A stretch of 45,654 bases of DNA, taken from contig CAZXKZ010000001.1 of NCBI GenBank assembly GCA_964641825.1, positions 1 to 45,654 of the forward strand. The letters are read 5' to 3'. The notes under the pieces were generated by a model. That model was given only the letters and a program-made list of their open reading frames with translations. It had not been told where the DNA came from and made no database searches. Origin of the DNA: an uncultured Bauldia sp. (GTDB lineage: Bacteria; Pseudomonadota; Alphaproteobacteria; Rhizobiales; Kaistiaceae). Of the stretch, positions 26,844 through 34,177 are shown piece after piece; position 1 is the first letter of the stretch, and each line of letters begins with the position of its first letter. Made by a program: the position numbers and the translations under genes.

Positions 26844-27185
26844 GTGGAAACGATCACCGTCATCTTCCAATCCCTCAGCCTTATCGCATCAGCAGCGATG
26901 CTGGTCGTCATCGTGGCCCTGGGGCGACGTTGGCCCGATTCGCGGCTCCTGGCCGTCCTGCCGGGCCTGTGGGCGGCGGGAGGTGTGGTTTATTACGCAC
27001 TGTTACTGGCCGGGCGATTCTCGCCGCAGGGCTTGCTCCTGTGGGGCGCGGTGCATCGGTTTCTGGCCGTCGTGATGTTCCTGGGCGGGTTCGCCATTCT
27101 GTACGGGTTATTGGCGGTGGAGGAGGCCGAGCGGCTGGCCGGCCCGCCGCATGAAGATGAAGTCGAGGACGATGGAACCGAATAG
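26844..27185 (+). CDS. multi-TM membrane protein, holin candidate
   Basis: Three or more hydrophobic segments, then an acidic tail HEDEVEDDGTE. GTG start. Confidence 0.45.
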   Translation: METITVIFQSLSLIASAAMLVVIVALGRRWPDSRLLAVLPGLWAAGGVVYYALLLAGRFSPQGLLLWGAVHRFLAVVMFLGGFAILYGLLAVEEAERLAGPPHEDEVEDDGTE

Positions 27186-27768
27186 CTACATGTTCGTTTT
27201 TCTCGCCGTGGCGGCGACGGTTGCATTCGTCGCCGGCGTGGTCGTGATTGCGGTGTCTATCGTTCAGGCGCGCTCGCGGCCGATCCCCGCGTCCGAGCAT
27301 CAAAAACTAAACCAACTCATTAAGTCGAACGACGACCTCATGGCCATCGCGGCCGACCACGCGCGGGAACTGCGTGACATCCAGCGCGGGCGTGAGCAAG
27401 ACCATAAGGCGATGATGCAGTTGCAACTGCGGATCGTCGAGCTGGAGATCGGCGTGCGCATCCTGACCGCGCAACTTCGGCGTGAAGGCCTGATACCGGA
27501 ATGGGTGCCCCCGGCGGTGGCGTCGAGCGACGGGCAGACGGCCGCGCCCATGCCGGATAGCCGGGCGCTGACACAGGTCATCGCGGCGCTGTTCAATCGA
27601 GATGAAATCGACGACCTGGCGTCGCGACTGGGGATTGACACGGAAGAGATCGTCGGCGAGACGCGCGGCAAGCGGGCGCGGGCGCTGGTCGATTATGCCG
27701 AGCGGCATGGGATGACTGAGGAGCTGGTTACACTGGCCCGGCAACTGCGGCCGGAAGGGGAGATATAG
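27172..27768 (+). CDS. N-terminal TM anchor + coiled coil + C-terminal helical adaptor-like (EAD-like) domain protein
   Basis: FVFLAVAATVAFVAGVVVIAVSIV forms the TM segment and the middle part is heptad-like. The C-terminus is LTQVIAALFNRDEIDDLASRLGIDTEEIVGETRGKRARALVDYAERHGMTEELVTLARQLRPE. The start could be 27190. Confidence 0.5.
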   Translation: MEPNSYMFVFLAVAATVAFVAGVVVIAVSIVQARSRPIPASEHQKLNQLIKSNDDLMAIAADHARELRDIQRGREQDHKAMMQLQLRIVELEIGVRILTAQLRREGLIPEWVPPAVASSDGQTAAPMPDSRALTQVIAALFNRDEIDDLASRLGIDTEEIVGETRGKRARALVDYAERHGMTEELVTLARQLRPEGEI

Positions 27769-29172
27769 ATGACCATCTACACCGTAGGCGACGGCGGCGA
27801 CTTTGCCGCCATTCAGGCGGCCATCGACGCGGCCGCCGTGGGTGATGAGGTGCGCGTATTCGAGGGCGTCTACCGCGAAACGGTGGACATCAACAAGGCC
27901 ATCCGCGTCATCGGCGTGCCTGATGCCGTCGTTGACGGCGGTTGGGACGGCGCGACCAAGACGGACACTTTCGGCGGCACGGTGCAGCTCAATGCCGAGG
28001 GCGCTGAGGCTGTCGGCTTGACCATCCGCAACTGCCCCGGCCGCGGCGTGGGCATCGGCGCGAGCTATACCACCGTCAAGGGGTGCACCATCACCGACTG
28101 CTACAAGGGCGGCCTGGGCGCAAATCCCCCCGCCGGGCAGACGTTTACGGGCCTGCTCATCGAGGGTAACACCATCATGCGCGTGGGCCTGGAGCGGCTC
28201 GTTACCAAGCAGGGCAACGTCAACGGGTCGTTTCTCTTCACGGATGTAGTCGATTCTGTCATCCGGGACAACACCATTGCCAACGGCCTGGGTGAAGGCT
28301 TGAACGTGGACCGCAACTCGCGGCGCAACCTCTTTGAGGGCAATACCATCATCAATTGCGCCCACGTGGGCATCTACATCAACTGCGCCCAGGACAATGT
28401 GATCCGGGGGAACACGGTCATCTACTCCGGCGCGGCCAAGCCGGTCGGCAAGGTCGAGGACGCGCCGGCCGGGATTATCATTGGGGATGAGCGCGGCGCG
28501 TCGGGCTCGTTTGCGCCGTCGGCGGGGAATGTCATCGAAGGGAACCTTGTCGTTGGCAACGGGAAACTATTCCAGGTAAGGAATAACCTGCACAACTACA
28601 ACACGTCACTGGATGTGGGGACGCGGGTGGTTGGCAATACGTTCGTCGCCGGGCCAAAAACAGAGCGCGGCGTGGACATTGCCGAGAACGTGCAGGGCAG
28701 GCCGCACGGCGCGGCAACGTTCGCGGAAAACGTGATCGACTGGACGGCCGCGCCGGCGGGGGCCGTGATTGCGGCCCGGGCAGCAGCGCGGATTCAGTTC
28801 CACCACAACGGTTGGACGGTGCGGCCAACGTCGGACGTTCGCGGCGATGGGGACATCATCGGCGATCTGATGCTGGTCAATCCGGCCGCGCCGCTTCACG
28901 CGGAGTGGGACGTGCTCGACGTGGGATTCAACCGCGATAACTACCGGCCGCTGTCGGGGTCGCCGCTCATCGGCGCGGCCAGTGACGGCACGACCATCGG
29001 CGCGCTGGAACCCATCCCCCCGGATGAGCCGGACGAGCCGGTGGACTGGGACGCGCTGGCGAACCGGGCGGCGGCGGCGTATGGGTTGATTGAGGAGTCT
29101 CAGCAGCGGCTATCGGCCGCTCGGGATGAATTGCTATTGTTAATCGGCGTGCTGGATGCCCAGCCGCGCTAA
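27769..29172 (+). CDS. right-handed parallel beta-helix (pectate-lyase fold) protein; depolymerase or lysin candidate
   Basis: Repeated coils such as TIRNCPGRGVGIG, VKGCTITDCYKGG, IEGNTIMRVG, IRDNTIANGLGEG, FEGNTIINCAHVGIYI, IRGNTVIYSG, IEGNLVVGNG. Confidence 0.7.
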   Translation: MTIYTVGDGGDFAAIQAAIDAAAVGDEVRVFEGVYRETVDINKAIRVIGVPDAVVDGGWDGATKTDTFGGTVQLNAEGAEAVGLTIRNCPGRGVGIGASYTTVKGCTITDCYKGGLGANPPAGQTFTGLLIEGNTIMRVGLERLVTKQGNVNGSFLFTDVVDSVIRDNTIANGLGEGLNVDRNSRRNLFEGNTIINCAHVGIYINCAQDNVIRGNTVIYSGAAKPVGKVEDAPAGIIIGDERGASGSFAPSAGNVIEGNLVVGNGKLFQVRNNLHNYNTSLDVGTRVVGNTFVAGPKTERGVDIAENVQGRPHGAATFAENVIDWTAAPAGAVIAARAAARIQFHHNGWTVRPTSDVRGDGDIIGDLMLVNPAAPLHAEWDVLDVGFNRDNYRPLSGSPLIGAASDGTTIGALEPIPPDEPDEPVDWDALANRAAAAYGLIEESQQRLSAARDELLLLIGVLDAQPR

Positions 29173-29211
29173 ATCTGGCCCAGATGGGCAAGGACACATA
29201 AGGTGAGTGTG

Positions 29212-29469
29212 ATGAGTAACGAATCGAAATGGTTGACGGCGATTAGCGGGATCGTGGCGGCCGTTGTGCCGCTGCTGGTGGCCTACGGGGTCATTACCGC
29301 CGAGCAAGGCGAATTGTGGCAGGCGTTGGCGCTGGCCGTGGTCGGCGCGGTCGTGGCGATTGTCGTGCCGGTGACGGTCACGTCGTTGGCGAAAAACTAC
29401 AACGACAATCAGGTGGCGGCGGCGACGGTCGAAATGGAACACGCCCGCATCATGGCAAGGCACGAGTAG
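29212..29469 (+). CDS. two-TM small membrane protein, holin-like
   Basis: WLTAISGIVAAVVPLLVAYGVI and WQALALAVVGAVVAIVVPVTV form two TM segments before a charged C-terminus. AGGTGA lies 5 nt before the ATG. Confidence 0.5.
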   Translation: MSNESKWLTAISGIVAAVVPLLVAYGVITAEQGELWQALALAVVGAVVAIVVPVTVTSLAKNYNDNQVAAATVEMEHARIMARHE

Positions 29470-29475
29470 ACCAAC

Positions 29476-29943
29476 ATGAGACGCCATCTTGCTTATTTGC
29501 GCTACGTGCTGCGCCATAAGTATTTTGTGTGGCGCGGTGGTCGGATTGTTGGCGGTATTCCGTTTTACAGATTGCTGATTCACGATTGGGACAAGTTTCT
29601 GCTCGATGAATGGCTTCCGTATGTGCAGACGTTTTACGCGCACGACGGCAGCAAGCAGTATGTCGAATCGCCGGAGTTTGCCGCCGCGTGGAATCGGCAT
29701 CAGAAGAGAAACCGCCACCATTGGCAATGGTGGATGCTGACATGGGATCGCGGCGAAACAACAACGCTTCCAATGGCCGAAACCGATGTACGGGAAATGG
29801 TAGCGGATTGGATCGGCGCGGGATGGGCCATTGTCGGCAACCCCAACCCAACATCATGGTATCAAGAAAATCGGGCGCGTATGCATCTGCACGAAGAAAC
29901 GCGCGAAATGGTAGAGCGGCTCTTGTCGAATCTGCCCATATAG
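29476..29943 (+). CDS. DUF5662-like conserved phage protein
   Basis: The motif series RHKYFV...LIHDWDKF...AAWNRHQKRNRHHWQWW matches my recollection of that family. Confidence 0.5.
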   Translation: MRRHLAYLRYVLRHKYFVWRGGRIVGGIPFYRLLIHDWDKFLLDEWLPYVQTFYAHDGSKQYVESPEFAAAWNRHQKRNRHHWQWWMLTWDRGETTTLPMAETDVREMVADWIGAGWAIVGNPNPTSWYQENRARMHLHEETREMVERLLSNLPI

Positions 29944-30098
29944 GCTATTCTGGCCGAGCACGAGCGGCCGATTAGCGCCCCGCCGCCGTGTCCCCTCCTG
30001 CGCGGCGGCGGCGTCATGTCGGCGACGGCTTGGAGCGCGTCGGCGGCCTGGGGGGGATAGGCCGCGGATGTAGGCTAGGGTGGTGGCGCCGAGGAGGA

Positions 30099-30425
30099 TC
30101 ATGGCGTGGCCTCATTTTGTTGGGTGTACCATTCATCAGCAATGCGGATGATCATGGCAATCGTTCCTACAATCTCGATACGCACATCCTCATCCACGTT
30201 CTCGAATCCACGCTTGATAGCGCGTCGATCTAGCAAGTTGTGAATAATGCCCCGCGCCGCTGCTACTGCCCAATCGTCGGCTTTTGGTGGTGGGGGTGAC
30301 GGCCAAGACTCTCGCCACTCATCACTGGCATCATATGGATACCATGATGCGCTTAGGAGATCGTGCTTCGCCCCTTCAGAACTCGGAGGCGTTGGACTGT
30401 CTATAAAACCTGTCATTGATGTCAA
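30099..30425 (-). CDS. hypothetical protein
   Basis: 108-aa ORF in the island. Confidence 0.45.
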   Translation of the reverse strand: MTSMTGFIDSPTPPSSEGAKHDLLSASWYPYDASDEWRESWPSPPPPKADDWAVAAARGIIHNLLDRRAIKRGFENVDEDVRIEIVGTIAMIIRIADEWYTQQNEATP

Positions 30426-30433
30426 TCCTCCTT

Positions 30434-30664
30434 TTACCGTTTAGGCGTCAAGTCGAGCCGCTTGACAAAACCAAGTTCTTCGGCCTTGCGCGAACAATCG
30501 TTTTCTTCCTCAAATAGCAAATCTGTTTTGCCATTGGGGAGCGTGATAACCCGAACGTAATGGATGAAAATCATCTCGCCGGATACGGGATGTACCCATC
30601 GCGTCATGGGGTGATGCACAACATCGCAGTATTCACATTGTTCGATATGTCTGTCGTATCTCAT
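30434..30664 (-). CDS. hypothetical protein (Cys/His-containing)
   Basis: 76-aa ORF, 8 nt upstream of the next gene. Confidence 0.45.
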   Translation of the reverse strand: MRYDRHIEQCEYCDVVHHPMTRWVHPVSGEMIFIHYVRVITLPNGKTDLLFEEENDCSRKAEELGFVKRLDLTPKR

Positions 30665-30688
30665 GGCGTGGCCTCGGTGTGGGCGGGG

Positions 30689-31558
30689 CTACGATTCCAA
30701 AATGACGCCTTGCGATAAGGCTCTTTTAGATTTGTAGCTACGCCAATATTCAATAACTTCTTCTGGCACGTCCAAATTAACATATTCTCCTTCGCGAATT
30801 TTCCTGATGGCTATTGTTATGCCCATCCTCTCGTCATTGTAGATACCAAGCCAACTACCACAATTCTTGCGGTTGTAAACAGCATTTCTAAGTGAAGTAT
30901 TCAATCCCATCTCTAGCGCAGTTCGGGGGCTTATCCCATATTGAGATGGGGTTATTTCTAATACGTCCCCAATACGTGACACTTGCACGTGCTGCATATC
31001 AATGAAATCAAAGCGTAATCCTGGAGCGCACATTACATACCATTCCTCATTCACCCACCGCCGCCAATACCCACTCCCATCTAGTGATAGTGAATCCCAA
31101 AGTTGGAATGGATCATAGCTTGGGCTTTGGAAGTGACCTTTATGTGTCATCCGAAATGTAAATGAATCGCCCGGATTCATCGGCTCTTTGCTCTGGACGT
31201 TTCTGTATACACCTTGCTGGTTTGTGTCAGTACTTTCTATTGCTATGGGCAATTGGAATTTCCCTCTCGGCTCGCATACCGTTTCTTGTTCAGGCCGCCG
31301 CTGGTCGTTGGGGAAAGTTGCCTTAATCGTTTCGATAAAGGTTAGTAGTGCGGGGCTTTCCTCGAACCACTCCCCCCGCTTGGCGTACTGAGCAAACGCC
31401 CTATGTAACCCGGCCTCTAAGTCAGCACCACCGGGCATGACCGCCAATAGTTCTAGCTCGTTATGGTGGGATGTCTGAAAACTGGCAAGGCGACGCCACG
31501 GGTCAGCAGATAAACCGATCTTGATATATCCATCGTCACGAATGAAATAAATCGACAT
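30689..31558 (-). CDS. T5orf172/MUG113 (GIY-YIG superfamily) domain protein with an unknown C-terminal domain of about 200 aa
   Basis: N-terminus IYFIRDDGYIKIGLSADPWRRLASFQTSHH...LHRAFAQYAKRGEWFE. GGAG lies 7 nt before the ATG. Confidence 0.7.
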   Translation of the reverse strand: MSIYFIRDDGYIKIGLSADPWRRLASFQTSHHNELELLAVMPGGADLEAGLHRAFAQYAKRGEWFEESPALLTFIETIKATFPNDQRRPEQETVCEPRGKFQLPIAIESTDTNQQGVYRNVQSKEPMNPGDSFTFRMTHKGHFQSPSYDPFQLWDSLSLDGSGYWRRWVNEEWYVMCAPGLRFDFIDMQHVQVSRIGDVLEITPSQYGISPRTALEMGLNTSLRNAVYNRKNCGSWLGIYNDERMGITIAIRKIREGEYVNLDVPEEVIEYWRSYKSKRALSQGVILES

Positions 31559-31569
31559 GATTCACTCCG

Positions 31570-31662
31570 AAAACGCAAAACTGCCACCTTTACTCTGTGA
31601 AGTGTCTAGGTTCACAGCCGGGGCGTGCCCGTGAGTAAAGGTGGCAGGTTTGCCACAGAGTA
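31570..31662 (-). promoter_or_regulatory. structured 5-prime leader: terminator (15-bp stem enclosing two hairpins, then UUUUGCGUUUU) with a competing 9-bp antiterminator pairing
   Basis: 31581-31595 pairs perfectly with 31633-31647. 31591-31599 pairs perfectly with 31654-31662. The U-tract is the reverse complement of 31570-31580. Confidence 0.5.
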
Positions 31663-31715
31663 TGCAATTGTCGGGCAACAAAAACGCCCCGAAACCATGA
31701 ACCTAGACAATAGAA

Positions 31716-31744
31716 AGTATATCATGGCTGGGTCCCGACCGCAA
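31716..31744 (-). promoter_or_regulatory. candidate promoter TTGCGG-N17-TATACT feeding the structured leader
   Basis: Reverse complement read directly. The -10 box is identical to those at 38256, 42217 and 42285. Confidence 0.3.
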
Positions 31745-31928
31745 GCGGTTCGACCGCTTCACTTGCCACTAATCGCAGATTTCCGTCAATCAGTTCAAAG
31801 CCGGGCATAAAGACGAGGATGCCCCGATTGCCACTAATCAGTGCATGGCGTACGATTACATCATGCCCCGCGTCCCTGACTTCCAACGCCATATTTGCCA
31901 CTAGTGCCACGGCGTCAAATCTACTCAT
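31722..31928 (-). CDS. hypothetical protein (start uncertain, ORF extends to 31985)
   Basis: The ATG at 31928 gives an 8-nt overlap with the upstream gene stop. Confidence 0.4.
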   Translation of the reverse strand: MSRFDAVALVANMALEVRDAGHDVIVRHALISGNRGILVFMPGFELIDGNLRLVASEAVEPLAVGTQP

Positions 31929-32277
31929 GCGATCTAAGCCGGGCTTCTTCTTCTCTTGCATCATCGAGTTCTCCGAGCTTGACATATTGAGACCCCTTTT
32001 TGTAAGCTACCTTACCGGACTTGTTATAATAAGTAACGGCGCGGCCCGCGTCGTCTTTTGCCTGATAGCGCCAGCGCCAATAGCCGTTTGAGTTTTGCTC
32101 CAATCGCCAGCCTTTCACCGGGCGCTTGACTTCTTCCTGTAAGACTATATCGGCGTCAGTCTCTTGATAAGGTGGCAAATCGCGCTCTATGGCGTGTTTT
32201 ACTCTGTTGACACTAGTGGCAACTGACCGGCCACTAGTGTCAACTCTCTCCATTCCCCCCGGCGCGTCCATTCCCAT
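31921..32277 (-). CDS. hypothetical protein
   Basis: 118-aa ORF, K/E/R-rich. Confidence 0.45.
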   Translation of the reverse strand: MGMDAPGGMERVDTSGRSVATSVNRVKHAIERDLPPYQETDADIVLQEEVKRPVKGWRLEQNSNGYWRWRYQAKDDAGRAVTYYNKSGKVAYKKGSQYVKLGELDDAREEEARLRSHE

Positions 32278-32327
32278 CCGCGCCGGGGCCGTCTCTCGCC
32301 GTCGCTTCGCTTCATCAGCGGCGACGG

Positions 32328-33155
32328 CTAACGAAAATCCTCCGGGCCTCCCGTTCGTCCTAGCGGCTTGGCCGTCGGGCCGTTAGGCTGCCCCTGCCCC
32401 GGCGCGGCCGATACGTCGGTGGCGTGGTGCGCGGCGGTCTGAGTAGAATTACCTGTATCGACGGGTTGGGCCAGGGACAGGAACGCGGCGACTTGCGCGG
32501 CTTGGTCGGCCGTCAGTTGCGGGCGTTCGGTGGTCGTGATGCGCGGGCCGGATTGCTGGCCGCGCTCCAGCAGGTCGGGGATGCCGTTGCGGTCACTGTC
32601 GGCGCGGATGTCGCTCAACAGTTGAGCGAACATCGTGGCGCTCATCTCATCGGCTAGTCCCTGTTGGGCGGCAATGCGCCGGTTCTTAAGCGCCGTCAAC
32701 GCGCCCTCGAAGATAGCGTCCTTTTCGGATTGGATCGCCATTTCTTTCCGCGCTTCATTGTCGCCCAGGTGGAACAGGACGACGCCGGCGACGTTGATGA
32801 TTGTCCAGACGCCGATAGCCCAGACCGCCACGGTTCCAAGCGATTCCGGCGCGGCGGTCAGGGTCTGGCCGTCGAGCAGGATTTCAGCGATAACCATTAA
32901 GCCAACGCCCAGCAGGTTGACGATGGTCAGAATGAGCGCCGTCGCCCGTTGAATGTTGCCCTGGGCATGGCTAAGAAAGACGAACATCCACGCGATCAGC
33001 CCGCCGTCAAACACGACCAGCGCGAGATAGGGCACGGCCCAAAACGAATTGGGCAGCACCGATTGGATAAACGATACAGTTAGCGATGCCGTCCACGTGA
33101 ACAGGATAACGGCGACCATGTAAAACAGGTATTTAGCGATAGTGCGATTTAACAT
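32328..33155 (-). CDS. integral membrane protein (about 4 TM) with a soluble C-terminal half
   Basis: Four long hydrophobic segments in aa 1-150. GGAGA lies 8 nt upstream of the ATG. Confidence 0.6.
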   Translation of the reverse strand: MLNRTIAKYLFYMVAVILFTWTASLTVSFIQSVLPNSFWAVPYLALVVFDGGLIAWMFVFLSHAQGNIQRATALILTIVNLLGVGLMVIAEILLDGQTLTAAPESLGTVAVWAIGVWTIINVAGVVLFHLGDNEARKEMAIQSEKDAIFEGALTALKNRRIAAQQGLADEMSATMFAQLLSDIRADSDRNGIPDLLERGQQSGPRITTTERPQLTADQAAQVAAFLSLAQPVDTGNSTQTAAHHATDVSAAPGQGQPNGPTAKPLGRTGGPEDFR

Positions 33156-33197
33156 TTTGTGTCTCCATTTGCATCTAAACTGCTACAATCATCGGCG

Positions 33198-33250
33198 GCC
33201 GGGTGGGTCTCCATTCCCGGCCTGCGCCCCCGGCCGATACCGGGGGCGCT
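33198..33250. terminator. two adjacent GC-rich hairpins (7-bp and 10-bp stems) at the island border
   Basis: ggccggg...cccggcc and gcgcccccgg ccgata ccgggggcgc followed by ttctgtt. Confidence 0.35.
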
Positions 33251-33280
33251 TCTGTTGGGGGTGGGGAGGGCTAGTCCGGG

Positions 33281-33472
33281 TTAGCCAGGGCCTCCGTTGA
33301 TGACGGCCACGGCGTCGAACTTGGCGAGGTAGTCGGGGAGGGGGCGGCCGATCGGCGTCTGGAGGAGGCCGCGGGCCTTAATGTCGGCGGCGAGGGATGC
33401 GACGTCGCCGTAGTCCTGGCGGCGCTGGAAGGGGTTATCGAGCACATAGTTTAAGGGGACGTGGATGAGCAT
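33281..33472 (-). pseudogene. ParB N-terminal-like fragment (63 aa, ends before the usual GERR region)
   Basis: VPLNYVLDNPFQRRQDYGDVASLAADIKARGLLQTPIGRP resembles the start of the ParB/Srx fold. The ORF stops abruptly at the low-GC border. Confidence 0.35.
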
Positions 33473-33476
33473 GGGT

Positions 33477-33830
33477 TTACTCCGTCAGTTGGGAAACCAT
33501 GATCCACGTGGACTCTCTATATTGAGTGGTGAGGATCATGATGCGATGAGAAGGTGCGTCAACGGGCACTTCATAACCTGAGAGAATGGACCCGCCGCTT
33601 CTCGTCGGCCCGTCAATGGCCTGCCTGTTGGCGTTTTGGATGTAGGGGTCGTCAGTGCCGAAGTCTCCGCGCACGTGTCGCTCGATGTAAGGCGCGAAGA
33701 ATGCGTAATGGTCGATATACCCGTTATCGATTGCGTAACCTTCAGCCTCGGGGGTGAATACGAAAACGCCGAGCCTGAACAGATGCCCTTCGGGCAGCTC
33801 CTCTTTGGATTTCAATCGTTTCTTTGTCAT
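33477..33830 (-). CDS. conserved hypothetical protein (RHxxGDFG...N..A...ILSGY motif)
   Basis: 117-aa ORF. The motif pattern is reminiscent of small plasmid/phage proteins of unknown function. Confidence 0.5.
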   Translation of the reverse strand: MTKKRLKSKEELPEGHLFRLGVFVFTPEAEGYAIDNGYIDHYAFFAPYIERHVRGDFGTDDPYIQNANRQAIDGPTRSGGSILSGYEVPVDAPSHRIMILTTQYRESTWIMVSQLTE

Positions 33831-33850
33831 GGTTGGTTCTCCTTCGGGTT

Positions 33851-33872
33851 AGATGTTGGCGCGCCAACATCT
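33851..33872. repeat. 22-bp perfect palindrome agatgttggcgcgccaacatct (intergenic), the symmetric member of the GTTGGCGCGC motif family
   Basis: Direct reading. The sequence is its own reverse complement. Confidence 0.9.
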
Positions 33873-33880
33873 GGCGCTAA

Positions 33881-34153
33881 TCATTCGCGGGGGGGGGTAG
33901 AGTTTCGGGCGCGTTCGAGGATGCGCGCGGCGGTGGGGTTGGTGATTGCGTCGGCGTTGATTGCGTCGGCGGTTCGGCCGCTCTCGCGGAGGACGCGAGC
34001 GAGCAGGTAGGCGGCCTGGAGTTCAGGCGTGCGGTATTGCTCGGCGGCGAGGGCGGCCAGGGCCGCGTAGTCGGCGGGCAGGAGGGTCAGCGTGATCTTG
34101 CGGGCTGCTTCGCCGGCGACGGGTCCAGTGTTGTTGGGAATTCCTTTGGGCAT
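33881..34153 (-). CDS. hypothetical protein (possible ribbon-helix-helix)
   Basis: 90 aa. KITLTLLPADYAAL is a beta-strand-then-helix pattern. Confidence 0.45.
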   Translation of the reverse strand: MPKGIPNNTGPVAGEAARKITLTLLPADYAALAALAAEQYRTPELQAAYLLARVLRESGRTADAINADAITNPTAARILERARNSTPPRE

Positions 34154-34177
34154 TTCCTTTCTCCTTGTGTTTTGGTT

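Larger units (their letters stand above)
29470..33280. other. AT-richer accessory island (mostly minus-strand cargo genes)
   Basis: Visible drop in G+C relative to flanks. Gene content is unrelated to the core modules. A truncated ParB-like ORF and two GC-rich hairpins lie at the right border. Confidence 0.5.

Noticed and set aside
29854-30102. 82-aa minus-strand ORF with an ATGA overlap to the stop of 30099-30425
   Set aside because: It runs 90 nt antisense into the 3-prime end of the well-supported DUF5662-like gene, is Arg-rich after a short hydrophobic start, and has no motif. It could be real but is unsupported.
31570-31721. Retron msr/msd-like or DGR template element (long inverted repeats flanking a structured segment)
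   Set aside because: No reverse transcriptase ORF exists anywhere in the window. The hairpin is followed by a U-tract and an RBS, which fits an attenuator better.
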